Source: an uncultured Chloroflexia bacterium | GTDB lineage: Bacteria; Chloroflexota; Limnocylindria; Limnocylindrales; CSP1-4 | Direction of reading: 5' to 3' | Assembly: GCA_963798955.1 (NCBI GenBank) | Contig: CAWCVO010000002.1 | Coordinates: 157,599 to 221,598 of the forward strand | DNA: 64,000 nt | The notes under the pieces: model-generated | The model's database searches: none | Seen by the model: the letters and a program-made list of their open reading frames with translations, nothing else | What the model was told of the DNA's origin: nothing | Translations under genes and position numbers: made by a program | Shown: in pieces, positions 1 through 11,779 of the stretch | How the letters are laid out: each line of letters starts with the position of its first letter | How positions within the stretch are numbered: the stretch's first letter is position 1

Positions 1-1
1 G

Positions 2-1282
2 CAGCCGGAGGCAGACCGCATCAACGCCGTCGCGCGCGAGCGAGGTGAGGCGTGGCTGCCACGCTATGGCGGCAGGATCTCGTCCGAGTGGTTCTACTCG
101 AAGAGCCTGCAGATTCTCAATGAGGACCCTGAGCTCTATCGCGCCGCAGATCGCCTGATCGAGGCCGCGGACTGGGTCGTCTGGCAACTGACGGGGGTCG
201 AGACGCGCAACAGCTGCACTGCCGGCTACAAGGCGATCTGGTCCAAGGCGGAGGGTTTCCCTTCGACCGACTATTTCGCCGGCCTGGACCCAAGGTTCGC
301 CGACGTCGTCGATGACAAGATGCAGCGCAGCGTTGCGGCGATCGGCCAGCGTGCGGGCGAGTTAACGGCTGAAGCGGCGGTCTGGACCGGCCTGCGTCCA
401 GGCACGGCCGTCGCGGTCGCGAACGTCGATGCGCACGTGTCGGTGCCGGCCGTGACCGTAACCGAACCCGGCCGCATGGTCGCGGTGATGGGTACGAGCA
501 TCTGCCACCTGGTCCTGGGCAACCAGTCCGCGCTCGCCGAGGGCATGTGCGGCGTGGTCGAGGACGGCATCCTGCCGGGCATGTTCGGCTTCGAGGCCGG
601 CCAATCGGCCGTGGGCGACATATTCGCGTGGTTCGTGGAGCACGGCGTCCCGCCGGCGTACCACCAGGCGGCCGCCAAGGCTGGTACCGACGTCCACGCC
701 ATCCTCGCCGCCGAGGCGGCGCAGCTGCGCCCCGGCGAATCGGGCCTGCTTGCGCTCGATTGGTGGAACGGCAACCGCTCGATCCTGGTCGATGTCGACC
801 TGACCGGCTTGCTGCTGGGCGCCACGCTCGCGACGCGCGCTCCCGAGATCTATCGCGCTCTCATCGAGGCCACCGCCTTCGGCACGCGCATGATCGTCGA
901 GTCGTTCGAGGCGGCCGGCGTACCCATCAACGAGATCGTCGCGTGCGGCGGCCTACCCGAGCGCAACCCGTTGCTCATGCAGATCTATGCCGACGTCACG
1001 GGGCTCGAGCTGAAGGTCGGCGAGTCACTCCAGGCGCCGGCGCTGGGATCGGCCATGTTCGGCGCTGTTGCCGCAGGTGCCGCGGCGGGCGGCCATGACT
1101 CGATCGTGGAAGCGGTGGCGTGCATGGCCCGGCTCAAGCCGATCACCTACCGGCCCAACCCCGCGCACGCCGCCACGTACGACGCCCTGTTCGCGGAGTA
1201 CCGGGCCCTGCACGACTACTTCGGCCGCGGTGTGAACGACGTGATGAAACGCCTCAAGAGGATCCGCGCCGGCGTCGCCTGA
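2..1282 (+). CDS. araB: L-ribulokinase (FGGY carbohydrate kinase), 5'-truncated by window start
   Basis: Frame continuous from nt 2 with no stop. The translation (…SSEWFYSKSLQILNEDPELY… GTSICHLVLG… IVACGGLPERNPLLMQIYADVTG) matches FGGY/ribulokinase motifs. It sits in an ara cluster with araD and araA. Confidence 0.85.
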   Translation, partial: QPEADRINAVARERGEAWLPRYGGRISSEWFYSKSLQILNEDPELYRAADRLIEAADWVVWQLTGVETRNSCTAGYKAIWSKAEGFPSTDYFAGLDPRFADVVDDKMQRSVAAIGQRAGELTAEAAVWTGLRPGTAVAVANVDAHVSVPAVTVTEPGRMVAVMGTSICHLVLGNQSALAEGMCGVVEDGILPGMFGFEAGQSAVGDIFAWFVEHGVPPAYHQAAAKAGTDVHAILAAEAAQLRPGESGLLALDWWNGNRSILVDVDLTGLLLGATLATRAPEIYRALIEATAFGTRMIVESFEAAGVPINEIVACGGLPERNPLLMQIYADVTGLELKVGESLQAPALGSAMFGAVAAGAAAGGHDSIVEAVACMARLKPITYRPNPAHAATYDALFAEYRALHDYFGRGVNDVMKRLKRIRAGVA

Positions 1283-1375
1283 CCCTGATCGCGCGGCCCG
1301 GCGGACCGCCTCGGCGAGCCCGTCCATCTGTGGGGTGCAGCGACGGCAGGTTCGATCCCGCCGGCGCCGGAGGGC

Positions 1376-2376
1376 CTAGCGTTCGAAGCGGCGCTGCAGC
1401 AGGGCGTGGATGGAGATCGAGATCAGGATGATCGCGCCGTAGATGAACTGTGACCAGTAGCTGGTCAGGCCTGCGGCAACGATCCCGGCTCCAATGGCGC
1501 CGATCATGAATGCACCGATGAACGTGCCGTAGATGCTGCCGCGTCCGCCGAAGACGGATGTCCCGCCGACGAAAACGGCGGCCAGGCCGGGCAGGAAGAA
1601 CCCATCACCCAGGTTGCCCGGATAGAAGTTGACGACGCGCAGGGCGTTGAGCATGCCGGCGAAGGCCGCGGCCATACCGACAAGTACGAACAGCAGGATG
1701 CGCGTAAAACGGATCGGGATGCCCATCAACTGCGCCGCCTGGCGGTTGTCGCCGATGACGTATGCATTCTGTCCGACGCGGTGCCGGTTGAGGAGGATCC
1801 AGCTCACGATCGTGACCAGGATCAGCCAGTAGAACTCGCTGGGGATCCCGAAGATCTTGCCCGCCAAAAGGTTGTAGATATCTGAATCGCGCGTCGCCAC
1901 GAGCGCGGTCGTCTTGCCGTTCACGAGCGCCAGGGTCAGGCCGCGGTAGAGGAACTGGGTGCCGATCGTGACCACCAGTGCAGGCAACCCGATGAGCGTC
2001 ACGACCAGGCCGTTGAAGAGTCCCGCGAGTGCCCCCGTTCCCAGCGCGGCCACAACCCCCAGCTCGACGCTGCCCGTCGCGTTCCAGGCCCACAGGAAAC
2101 CGACCATGCCGAGCGCCATGATCGAAGGGAAGGAGAGGTCGATATCGCCGGCGATGATCAGCAACGTCAGAAGCATCGCCACGATTGCGAAGTAGGGCGT
2201 CGTCTGGGCGAACGAGAGGTATATCGCGCTGGACAGGAAGGTTCGCGGAGCGGCCACGATGAACACCGCCCAGAGCAGCAGGAAGGCGACGGTGATGCCG
2301 ATCTGCGATGCTGACGACGCCGCAACGGCGAGCGCGCCCGTACGGCGGCCAGAGTCGCGGGCGGCTGCTGCCGTGG

Positions 2377-2380
<4 letters not shown>
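1376..2380 (-). CDS. sugar ABC transporter permease (RbsC/AraH-like)
   Basis: 334-aa polytopic membrane protein typical of ribose/arabinose-family ABC permeases. Its start overlaps the stop of the ATPase gene (2377-2380). Confidence 0.85.
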
Positions 2381-3264
<884 letters not shown>

Positions 3265-3326
3265 GAGTTGCGGTCGGCGACCCGGAGGTCGCCGACCGCG
3301 ATCACCTTGACCTTCAGTCGCGCTGG

Positions 3327-4544
3327 CTAGCGAATCTGCTGCTCGACCAGCGGAGCGATCACATCGACGTTGTTCTTGTCGACGAAGCCACCACCGGTAT
3401 TGATGAACAGGCCACTGAAGCCGTAGGTGTGAGTCAGGCAGAGCTGTTCGACGGCCTCGAAGCCCTGCAGGTACTGCTGCTGGTCGATGACCAGGCTGAC
3501 GTACCCGTCCTTGATGCCCTGGATCGTCGCGGGCGAGAGGTCGAAGCCTGCCGCGTAGACGCTACCGGGATCCATGTTGGCCGCCTGCATGTAGGTCGGG
3601 ATGGTGGATGTCAGGTTGCCGTGGTCGATGAAGATCGCCTTCAGGTCGGGATTGGCCGAGGCCATGCCGGTGAAGGTCGGAACGCCCGCCGACGGGTCGG
3701 CGTTTGTCGCGTCGTCGATCTCGAGATAGACCACGTTCATCCCCGCCGCGGTAAGCGCGTCGGTGATGCCCTTGGTGCGCTCACCACGACCGGGCTGCGC
3801 TGCGAGGCCCCACACGAACACCTTGTCGCCCGCCTGCAGGTTGCCGCGCTTGATCGCCTCGTTGGCCAGCGCCGCGCCGGCGTCGTGCAGGACGGCACCC
3901 ACGTAGCCCATGCCCGCACTGGCGTACTTGGCTTCCGCAGTGGGCAGCTCGGTGTTCATGACCGTGACCAGGATGCCCTGGCTTTCGGCCTGATCGATAA
4001 GCGGATCGAAAGCATCGTCACCGGGGTGACCCATGACCGCGATGCCATCAGGATGGGTGGCCATGGCCTCCTGGAACTGGCTGATCATCTTGGCCGGATC
4101 CCAGTCGGACCACTGGTAGGTCACGGTTGGGCCGAAGGCCGCCTCGGCCGCCTTGGCACCGTTGTAGACGACCGTCTCGAAGCCACCGCCCTGGGTTCCA
4201 CCGGGGAAGAACACGATGTTCATGCCCGAGCAGAAATTGGCACCCTGTGGGCTGCTACCGGCTGAAGAGGACGTCTCCACCGCGCTTGGCACGGTGGTCG
4301 GCGCGTTCTCGGTCGGGGTGGCCTGCGTCGTGGCGTTTGCGGTTGGATTGGCCGCCGTCGGCGACGGCGTTGGTGAGGTCGACGAGCATGCACCGAGTGG
4401 CAGCACGATCGCCACCAGGAGCGCCAGCGGCGCCCATCGCGAGCGCGCCCGGGTGCTCCCAAAGGATCCCATGGTCATGACAACGACTCCTTTGCCCTTG
4501 CGGGCGACGCGCGTCCAATTGCCGGGCGCGTTCGGCCCGATCAT
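3327..4544 (-). CDS. sugar ABC transporter substrate-binding lipoprotein
   Basis: Signal peptide with lipobox (LPLGACSS), a Thr/Pro/Ser-rich linker, then a periplasmic-binding-protein fold. The true start is probably an internal ATG (MTMGSFG…). Confidence 0.8.
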   Translation of the reverse strand: MIGPNAPGNWTRVARKGKGVVVMTMGSFGSTRARSRWAPLALLVAIVLPLGACSSTSPTPSPTAANPTANATTQATPTENAPTTVPSAVETSSSAGSSPQGANFCSGMNIVFFPGGTQGGGFETVVYNGAKAAEAAFGPTVTYQWSDWDPAKMISQFQEAMATHPDGIAVMGHPGDDAFDPLIDQAESQGILVTVMNTELPTAEAKYASAGMGYVGAVLHDAGAALANEAIKRGNLQAGDKVFVWGLAAQPGRGERTKGITDALTAAGMNVVYLEIDDATNADPSAGVPTFTGMASANPDLKAIFIDHGNLTSTIPTYMQAANMDPGSVYAAGFDLSPATIQGIKDGYVSLVIDQQQYLQGFEAVEQLCLTHTYGFSGLFINTGGGFVDKNNVDVIAPLVEQQIR

Positions 4545-4689
4545 GCCCGTGACGGGTTTACCGCCGTCTCCTCCTCCTGGCAGCGGAACACTGCCGAGAG
4601 TCTATGCAAACGAGTGTATGCACACGATTGCTGCAGTGTCAAGGCGTATACTCGGGCGGTCTCGCACGCCCACCTGACGAGGACCAAAG

Positions 4690-5400
4690 ATGCAGCTCGC
4701 CAATCTTCGCCAAGAGGTGCTCGCGGCGAACCAGAGGCTGGTCAGCGCCGGCCTCGTGACGCTGTCGTGGGGCAACGCCAGCGGAGTTGATCGCGCGGCG
4801 GGCGTGATGGTCATCAAGCCGAGCGGCGTGCCGTACGATCAGCTCACGCCCGACAACCTGGTGGTCGTGGCCCTCGCTGACGGCGCCGTGCTGGACGGTT
4901 CCCTGCGCCCTTCGTCGGACACGCCAACGCATCTCGTTCTCTATCGCCGGCTGCCTGCGATCGGCGGCGTCGTGCACACGCATTCGACGGTCGCCGCCGC
5001 ATGGGCACAGGCTCGCCGGCCGATTCCCTGCCTGGGGACGACCCATGCCGACCATTTCCACGGCGCCGTGCCGGTCACCCGGATGCTGACGGAAGAGGAG
5101 ATCGGTGGTGAATACGAGGCAGCGACCGGCGAGGTGATCGTCGAGGTTTTGGCGAAGCTTGGTCATGACCCACTCGCCATGCCGGCGACACTCGTCGCTG
5201 CGCACGGCCCATTCACGTGGGGGCGTTCGGCCAGCGACGCGGTGGACAACGCCATCGCCCTCGAGACGATTGCGGCGATGGCCTACCACACGCTGGCATT
5301 GGAGACGGGCGCTGAGGAGATCACCGACGCGCTGCGGCGGCGACACTTCGAACGCAAACACGGACCACACGCCTACTACGGCCAACCCAAGGTCGGGTGA
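4690..5400 (+). CDS. araD: L-ribulose-5-phosphate 4-epimerase (class II aldolase/adducin family)
   Basis: GNASGVDRAAGVMVIKPSGVPYDQL… HTHSTVAAAW… typical AraD motifs; 236 aa. Confidence 0.9.
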   Translation: MQLANLRQEVLAANQRLVSAGLVTLSWGNASGVDRAAGVMVIKPSGVPYDQLTPDNLVVVALADGAVLDGSLRPSSDTPTHLVLYRRLPAIGGVVHTHSTVAAAWAQARRPIPCLGTTHADHFHGAVPVTRMLTEEEIGGEYEAATGEVIVEVLAKLGHDPLAMPATLVAAHGPFTWGRSASDAVDNAIALETIAAMAYHTLALETGAEEITDALRRRHFERKHGPHAYYGQPKVG

Positions 5401-6368
5401 AGACCGCCAGGCTCCACGCGCCGGGCGATATCCGGCTGCACGACGAACCGGATCCCACACCGACAGACGGCGAAGAACTGGTGCGCGTGACCGCAGTCGG
5501 CCTGTGCGGTTCGGACCGGCACTGGTTCATCGAAGGGAGCATCGGCGACGCCGTGCTGGCCCGCCCCCTGGTGCTCGGTCACGAAGTCGCCGGAGTTATC
5601 GAGAACGGGCCCCGCAGGGGCATACGGGTGGCAATCGACCCCGCCGATCCATGCGGCCGGTGCATGCTGTGTGCGACGGGTCGCGAGCACCTGTGCCGCG
5701 AGCTGCGCTTTGCCGGTCACGGCGACATTGACGGCGGCCTGCGCACGCTCGCCGCCTGGCCCGGGCGGCTGCTGGCACCGCTACCGGACAACATCTCCGA
5801 CGACGAGGGAGCGCTGCTCGAGCCACTCGGCGTAGCCCTCCATGCGCTCGAACTGGGCATGGTCGAGCCGGGCATGAGCGCCGGCGTCATCGGCTGCGGA
5901 CCAATCGGCCTGATGCTGGTCCAACTCTTGCGCCGTGCGGGCGTGCAGCCCGTCCTGGCAAGCGACCCCCTGAGGCACCGCCTCGCGGCCGCGCAAGATT
6001 TCGGCGCCAGGTTGCCGGCACGCTCGGAGCAGGTCGACGTCGCGTTCGAGGCGGCTGGCGACGACGGCGCGGTCGACGATGCAATCGCCGTCGTGCGGCC
6101 AGATGGGCGCGTCGTCCTGGTCGGCATTCCCGACTCGGATCAGACCGCCTTCCGCGCCTCGATCGCGCGGCGCAAGGGCCTGACCCTGGCGCTCACCCGG
6201 CGCATGCGTGCCCATCATCTTCGGCTCGCGATCGCCGCCGTGACCGCCGGCGGGATGGATCTGCGCTCGCTGGTCACGGCCCACTACCCCTTGGCCGGAG
6301 TCGCCGATGCATTCGCCGATCTCGTCGAGCGCCGCGGTCTGAAGACGATCGTTCGGCCCAACAGCTGA
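5397..6368 (+). CDS. Zn-dependent alcohol/polyol dehydrogenase (MDR family)
   Basis: GLCGSDRHW…GHEVAG zinc-ADH signature and a Rossmann GCGPIGL motif. ATGA overlap with the araD stop. It may act on arabinitol or xylitol. Confidence 0.8.
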   Translation: MKTARLHAPGDIRLHDEPDPTPTDGEELVRVTAVGLCGSDRHWFIEGSIGDAVLARPLVLGHEVAGVIENGPRRGIRVAIDPADPCGRCMLCATGREHLCRELRFAGHGDIDGGLRTLAAWPGRLLAPLPDNISDDEGALLEPLGVALHALELGMVEPGMSAGVIGCGPIGLMLVQLLRRAGVQPVLASDPLRHRLAAAQDFGARLPARSEQVDVAFEAAGDDGAVDDAIAVVRPDGRVVLVGIPDSDQTAFRASIARRKGLTLALTRRMRAHHLRLAIAAVTAGGMDLRSLVTAHYPLAGVADAFADLVERRGLKTIVRPNS

Positions 6369-6486
6369 GCCTGTGGGGCGCCTGGCGACCCACTCACCAG
6401 TAGTGCAAACGGTTGCGGGCAATCGTTGTAGGTGCTAGCCTCGCCCTCGTGCGCGGGCGATTCGTCCTGAGCCAAGGGAGACCGTC

Positions 6487-7992
6487 ATGAAGCCGTTCGC
6501 GGACCTCGAAGCGTGGCTTGTCACCGGCAGCCAGGAGATGTACGGGGATACCGTCCTCGAGCAAGTCCGCCAACACGCGGGCCTGGTCGCCGAGGGGCTC
6601 GACGCTGCTGCTGCGATGCCGGTACGGATCGTCAGCAAGCCCGTGGTCAAGTCGCCCGAGAGCATCAGAGCGGTGTGCCTCGAGGCCAGTGCCAGTGACG
6701 CGTGCGTCGCCGTGATCGCGTGGATGCACACCTTCTCGCCGGCACGCATGTGGATCGCCGGGCTCCAGGCGCTCGACAAGCCTCTGCTCCATCTACATAC
6801 GCAGTTCAATCGCGACCTGCCGTGGTCGGCCATCGACATGGACTTCATGAACCTGAACCAGTCGGCGCACGGAGATCGCGAGTTTGCCCATCTGGCCACA
6901 CGCCTGGGTCGCGCGCGAAAGACAGTTGCCGGCCACTGGCAAGACCCGCAGGTGGTCGCGCACATCAGCACCTGGGCGCGCGCTGCCACCGCCTGGCACG
7001 AGGCGCAGCAACTTCGTGTGGCGCGCTTTGGCGACAACATGCGCCAGGTCGCGGTGACCGAAGGTGACAAGGTTGCCGCCCAAATCGCGCTAGGTGTAGC
7101 GGTCAACGGCTATGGCGTCAGCGAGCTGGCCGCGGCCGTGGAGTCCGTTCCGGAACGCGCTGTCGACGACCTGGCGCATACGTACGACCGTGACTACTCG
7201 GTCGTGCCGGTGCTCGGCCCGAACGGCGCGCGACGCGAAGAGCTCCGGATGGCGGCACGAATCGAGGCCGGCTTGCGCAAGTTGATCGGCGATGGCGGTT
7301 TTGGTGCCTTCACGGACACCTTCGAGGACCTGGACGGCCTGGCCCAGCTGCCCGGCATAGGCGTCCAGCGACTGATGGCCGACGGCGTGGGATTCGGTGC
7401 CGAAGGCGACTGGAAGACGGCAGTGATGGTCCGTCTCGTGAAGGTCATGGCGCGCGGACTGCCGGGCGGCACCAGCTTCATGGAGGACTACACCTATCAC
7501 CTCGATCCGGTGGCGCCCAAGATCCTGGGGGCACACATGCTCGAGGTATGCCCGACCATCGCGGCTGAACGGCCCTCGTGCGAGATCCACCCCCTGTCGA
7601 TCGGCGGCAAGTCGGATCCCGTGCGACTCGTTTTCACGGCCGCGCCCGGACCTGCAATCGTCGCTTCACTCGTGGATTTGGGCGACAGGCTGCGCATCGT
7701 GGCCAACGAGGTCGAGGTCGTAGCGCCCGACGAACCACTGCCGCGTCTGCCCGTTGCGCGGGCGGTATGGCAACCACGACCCGATCTGACGACCGCCGCG
7801 ACGGCCTGGCTGATGGCCGGCGGCTCGCATCACACAGTGCTCACCCAGGCGCTTGGAAGCGAGGCATTGGCGGACTTTGCCGAAATGGCGGGCATCGAGT
7901 TCCTGCTGATCGACTCGACGACGACACTCCACTCGTTCGCGAATGAAGTCCGCTGGAACGAGGCCTATTACCGCCTGGCACACCTGCGCTAG
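6487..7992 (+). CDS. araA: L-arabinose isomerase
   Basis: 501 aa, with N-terminal [21 protein letters not shown]… and [15 protein letters not shown] motifs typical of AraA. AGGGAG ribosome-binding site upstream. Confidence 0.9.
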   Translation: MKPFADLEAWLVTGSQEMYGDTVLEQVRQHAGLVAEGLDAAAAMPVRIVSKPVVKSPESIRAVCLEASASDACVAVIAWMHTFSPARMWIAGLQALDKPLLHLHTQFNRDLPWSAIDMDFMNLNQSAHGDREFAHLATRLGRARKTVAGHWQDPQVVAHISTWARAATAWHEAQQLRVARFGDNMRQVAVTEGDKVAAQIALGVAVNGYGVSELAAAVESVPERAVDDLAHTYDRDYSVVPVLGPNGARREELRMAARIEAGLRKLIGDGGFGAFTDTFEDLDGLAQLPGIGVQRLMADGVGFGAEGDWKTAVMVRLVKVMARGLPGGTSFMEDYTYHLDPVAPKILGAHMLEVCPTIAAERPSCEIHPLSIGGKSDPVRLVFTAAPGPAIVASLVDLGDRLRIVANEVEVVAPDEPLPRLPVARAVWQPRPDLTTAATAWLMAGGSHHTVLTQALGSEALADFAEMAGIEFLLIDSTTTLHSFANEVRWNEAYYRLAHLR

Positions 7993-9143
7993 GCGGCGGC
8001 CGAACTGGGCAGCAGCCCGGCACCGTTCACGGCCTCGACAACCAGGCAGCTGCCCTGGCGGCCCGTGCGTGGAGGGTAATCGGACGCGACGGCCTGGCGC
8101 AGCGACTCAACCGCGTCGTACCGCACAAGGTTGACGGTGCACCCGCCGAAGCCGGCGCCGGTCATTCGCGCTCCGACGACGCCCGGCACGGAGGTCGCGA
8201 TGTCGACCAGTGCATCGAGCTCGGCCGAACTTACGTCGTAGAGATCGCGCAGCGAGGCGTGCGACTCGGCAAACAGCCGGCCCAATGCGTCGAGATCCTC
8301 GGTTTCGAGCGCAGCCACGGCGCGAAGTACCCGTTCGTTCTCCTCGACGACGTGGCGGCACCGCCGTAGCGTCTGCTCGTCGAGCAGGTCGGATGCCGCG
8401 CCGAGCATCTCGACGGTCACGTCGCGCAACGAGGAGATGCCCCGATAGCGCGTTGCCAGCAGCCGCACGCCGCGCTCGCAGTCCTCGCGGCGCGCGTTGT
8501 ACTCGGATGTGGCAAGTCGGCGCGGCGCGTTGGTGTCAAGGACGACGATGGCGATGCTGCTTGGCAAGGCGACGGACCGATGCTCCAGGGAGCGGCAGTC
8601 CAGGAGTACCGCGGCACCAGCCTGGCCGTGAACCGCCGCGAATTGGTCCATCAGCCCGCAGGCCACCCCAACGTACTCGTTCTCGGCACGCTGAGCCAGG
8701 CGGGCGAGGTCCATGGGTGCCAACGGTGGCGGGACGGCAGAGCTGAGCGTCCATGCAGCGGCGAGCTCGAGTGCCGCGGAGGACGACAGACCCGAGCCGG
8801 TGGGGATGGTCGAGTCGACCACCGCCGCCACGGCGCGCGATGGCACGCCCGCGCGCGCCAGCCCCAGACCGACGCCGGCGACATAGTCGGTCCAGTCGCC
8901 CCGTCGAGGCCCGGGATCGCCGGCGTCGAACTCGCCGCGCGTCGCCTCCTGCAGCGACGACAGGATGACCCGGCTGTCGGTCGCCGGCCAAGAAGCAATC
9001 CAGGTTTCGAGGCTGATCGCGACCGGCAGCACCCAGCCCAGGTTGTAGTCGGTGTGCTCGCCGATCAGGTTGACCCGGCCGGGCGCGCGCACCAGGCGCA
9101 CCTGTTCCGGGGCGCCCTGCCGCGGCAGGCGCCAAGTCCGCAA
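7989..9143 (-). CDS. galK: galactokinase (GHMP kinase)
   Basis: [13 protein letters not shown] galactokinase signature and [17 protein letters not shown] motif. Confidence 0.85.
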   Translation of the reverse strand: MRTWRLPRQGAPEQVRLVRAPGRVNLIGEHTDYNLGWVLPVAISLETWIASWPATDSRVILSSLQEATRGEFDAGDPGPRRGDWTDYVAGVGLGLARAGVPSRAVAAVVDSTIPTGSGLSSSAALELAAAWTLSSAVPPPLAPMDLARLAQRAENEYVGVACGLMDQFAAVHGQAGAAVLLDCRSLEHRSVALPSSIAIVVLDTNAPRRLATSEYNARREDCERGVRLLATRYRGISSLRDVTVEMLGAASDLLDEQTLRRCRHVVEENERVLRAVAALETEDLDALGRLFAESHASLRDLYDVSSAELDALVDIATSVPGVVGARMTGAGFGGCTVNLVRYDAVESLRQAVASDYPPRTGRQGSCLVVEAVNGAGLLPSSAAA

Positions 9144-9170
9144 CGGCGGCCAACAGCCGCTCCCGGCGAT

Positions 9171-10166
9171 TCACTCCAAAGCCAGTGGGTCAGTCGGCGC
9201 AAGAACCCGGAGCTCTGCTGCCGTTTCCTCCGGCAGGGTGTCATTGATGAACGCGCCCGCTCCGGCCTCCGACCCAGCCAGGAACTTCAGCTTGCTGGCC
9301 GTGCGATTGGGGGGGTAGAACTCGAAGTGGAGGTGGAAGGAGGAATGGTCGGCCATGCTCGTGGGGCGCTGGTGTACGGCCATGATGTACGGCAGCGAGA
9401 AGCCGAACAGCGCGTCGTACTTGAGCAGCACCGTCTTGAGCAGCCGGGCCAGGCCGTCGATTTCGTCTGCGTCGAGCTCGTGCAACCAGCCGACGTGGCG
9501 GCGCGGGGTGAGATGCACCTCGTATGGCCAGTGAGCGAAGAAAGGCACGCCGGCCAACCACGATTGTGTCTGCGCCACGACTCGCCGTCCATCGCCTATC
9601 TCCTGCTCGACGAGGCCACACCACAGGCACGCGCCGTGTTCTGCGAGATGGTCGGCCGCCGCCTGCGCCTCGCGCTCGATGATCGGCGGCAGATACGAGT
9701 AGGCGTAGATCTGGCCGTGAGGGTGGTGCAACGTCACGCCGATCTGCTTGCCTTTGTTCTCGAAGACGTAGACGTAGTCGATCTCCGGCCGGGCGCCCAG
9801 GACCAGGGTGCGGTGGGCCCAGACGCCGATCAGACGCCGCAGCTGCGTGAGACTCAGGTCGCTGGCGGTGGCATCGTGGCGCGGCGTGTACACCACCACT
9901 TCGCATACGCCAACCGACGGCGACACGGGGGTGAGTGGCGTCCCGTCGACTGTCGGCGGGCCTGGGTCAGGACGCAGCGATGGGAAACGGTTCTCAAAGA
10001 CGGCCACATCGAAGGTCGGGCGGTCGATCTCAGTCGGCGAAGCGGCTGAACGGGTGGGGCACAGCGGGCAGACATCCGCAGGCGGCAGGAACGTTCGCTC
10101 CTGGCGGTGGGTCGCGGTTATGACCCACTCGCGCAACTGCGGGTTCCAGCGCAGCTCAGACATCAT
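9171..10166 (-). CDS. galT: galactose-1-phosphate uridylyltransferase
   Basis: MMSELRWNP… CPLCP zinc motif and HPHGQIYAY (HxHxQ active site). The ORF-track N-terminal extension was trimmed to the ATG at 10166. Confidence 0.85.
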   Translation of the reverse strand: MMSELRWNPQLREWVITATHRQERTFLPPADVCPLCPTRSAASPTEIDRPTFDVAVFENRFPSLRPDPGPPTVDGTPLTPVSPSVGVCEVVVYTPRHDATASDLSLTQLRRLIGVWAHRTLVLGARPEIDYVYVFENKGKQIGVTLHHPHGQIYAYSYLPPIIEREAQAAADHLAEHGACLWCGLVEQEIGDGRRVVAQTQSWLAGVPFFAHWPYEVHLTPRRHVGWLHELDADEIDGLARLLKTVLLKYDALFGFSLPYIMAVHQRPTSMADHSSFHLHFEFYPPNRTASKLKFLAGSEAGAGAFINDTLPEETAAELRVLAPTDPLALE

Positions 10167-10360
10167 CCGGCCATGAGTAGTAGATGAGGTAGCGGCCGTC
10201 GGCCATGGCCACCAGCTCGATCGTCGCGTCGCGCAATATCGCGGCCACCGGCCCGTTGCCCTGCCCGCCAAACTCGTCCCGCTTAGGCCGGACGGAACCG
10301 GACGGCGGCGTACCGGCCGCACGCGCCGCCGGCGGTGGGCGACGGGCCTGTCGCGCCACG

Positions 10361-11779
10361 TTATTTGCCCGGTTCCCGGCGGTGGGCGAGGTATTCGAGC
10401 AGATCGAGCTTGGTGACGATGCCAACCGGGCGGTCGGCGTGGACCGCGACCAGCGCCGCGGCGCCGGTCGCCAGCAGGTCGAACGCGTCGTCGATCGAGG
10501 CGCCGGCGGGAATGGTCGGCAGGGAGCGGTCCATCACCTCGCCCGCGGTTCGCTCGACAGTCTCCGGCTTCAGGTACACCCGCTCGAGCAGGCCCTTCTC
10601 GCTGATCGAGCCCACGATGCCCTCGATGTTCTCGTCATCGCGCTCGGTCACCGGCATCTGGCTGATGCCGTAAAGCTGCAGCAGGTCGATCGCCGCGCCC
10701 ACCCGGTCGGTCGTCCGCGCCAGCACGAGCGGTGGCAGCTCGGCCGGCTGATGGCCGTTACGTAGTACGTCGGCCACCGTAACGCGCGGTACCGGCGAGC
10801 CGAGCAGTCCGTGCTGGCGCAGCCATTCGTCGTTGTAGAGCTTGGACAGGTAGTTGCGGCCGCCGTCCGGGAACAGCACGACGATGACCTTGCCCGGCGC
10901 CTGGCCGGCTTCGATCAGTTCTCGCGCGACGGTGAGCGTGGCCACCAGCGCCGTGCCGCTCGACTCCCCGGCGAGGATGCCTTCTTCGCGCGTGATGCGC
11001 CGCGCGGCCGCGAACGAGTCGCGGTCGGACACGCGCACCCAGCGATCGACGACCGACGGATCGTAGGTGCCGGGCAGGAAGTCCTCGCCGATGCCCTCGG
11101 TCAGGTACGGCCGCGCCGTGTCGCCCGACAGGACCGAGCCCTCGGGGTCCGCTCCGACCATCACGATGCCCGGATTTTGTGCCTTGAGGTAGTGCCCGAC
11201 GCCGGTGATCGTGCCACCCGTGCCGGACGCGATCACCACCTGCGTCACGGCACCGTCCGTCTGGCGCCAGATCTCGGGGCCGGTGGTGTTCTCGTGCGCC
11301 AGCGGATTGTTCATGTTCCAGTACTGGTCGGGCTGGAAGGCACCCGGGATGTCGCGCGCCAGGCGCTTGGCAACCGAGTAGTACGACTCGGGCGATTCGG
11401 GCGCCACGTTCGTCGGGCAGAGCACCACGTCGGCACCATAGGCGCGCAGCAGTGCCTGTTTCTCGGGCGATTGCTTGTCGGCCATCACGAACACGCAGCG
11501 GTAACCCTTGAGGGCGGCCGCGATGGCCAGTCCATGTCCGGTATTTCCCGACGTGGGTTCGATGATCGTGCCACCCGGCTTGAGCAGCCCGTCGCGCTCG
11601 GCGGCCTCGATCATGGGCAGGCCGATGCGGTCCTTGACCGAGCCTCCCGGACTGAGCATTTCAAGCTTGGCCAGGATTAGCGGCTGCTGCTCGGAAGGAC
11701 CCAGTTCACGGGTGACGTGCGTAAGGCGCACGAGCGGCGTGTTGCCGATCAGCGCGAGGATGTTCTCGGCGTACTCCAA
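10361..11779 (-). CDS. cystathionine beta-synthase (PLP fold type II plus tandem CBS domains)
   Basis: PGGSVKDRIG PLP-lysine motif and TSGNTGHGLA, with a C-terminal CBS pair. Confidence 0.85.
   Translation of the reverse strand: MEYAENILALIGNTPLVRLTHVTRELGPSEQQPLILAKLEMLSPGGSVKDRIGLPMIEAAERDGLLKPGGTIIEPTSGNTGHGLAIAAALKGYRCVFVMADKQSPEKQALLRAYGADVVLCPTNVAPESPESYYSVAKRLARDIPGAFQPDQYWNMNNPLAHENTTGPEIWRQTDGAVTQVVIASGTGGTITGVGHYLKAQNPGIVMVGADPEGSVLSGDTARPYLTEGIGEDFLPGTYDPSVVDRWVRVSDRDSFAAARRITREEGILAGESSGTALVATLTVARELIEAGQAPGKVIVVLFPDGGRNYLSKLYNDEWLRQHGLLGSPVPRVTVADVLRNGHQPAELPPLVLARTTDRVGAAIDLLQLYGISQMPVTERDDENIEGIVGSISEKGLLERVYLKPETVERTAGEVMDRSLPTIPAGASIDDAFDLLATGAAALVAVHADRPVGIVTKLDLLEYLAHRREPGK

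Noticed and set aside
271-1098. ORFs 271-825 (-), 362-697 (-) and 547-1098 (+) of 111-184 aa
   Set aside because: They are antisense or alternate-frame ORFs inside the well-supported araB frame. They are Arg/Pro/Ala-rich, typical of stop-poor off-frames in 70%-GC DNA.
3429-4265. 278-aa plus-strand ORF inside the substrate-binding-protein gene
   Set aside because: It is antisense to a gene with a clear lipoprotein signal and periplasmic-binding-protein fold, and its translation is Arg/Asp/Gly/Val-rich.
8536-10049. Long ORFs 8536-9174 (-), 8580-10049 (+) and 9241-9906 (-)
   Set aside because: They are alternate-frame or antisense overlaps of galK/galT. Galactokinase and uridylyltransferase motifs occupy the chosen frames.
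10167-10322. 52-aa N-terminal extension of galT in the ORF track
   Set aside because: Its composition (WWPWPTAATSSTTHGR) is non-protein-like. The conserved GalT N-terminus begins at MMSELRWNP (ATG at 10166).
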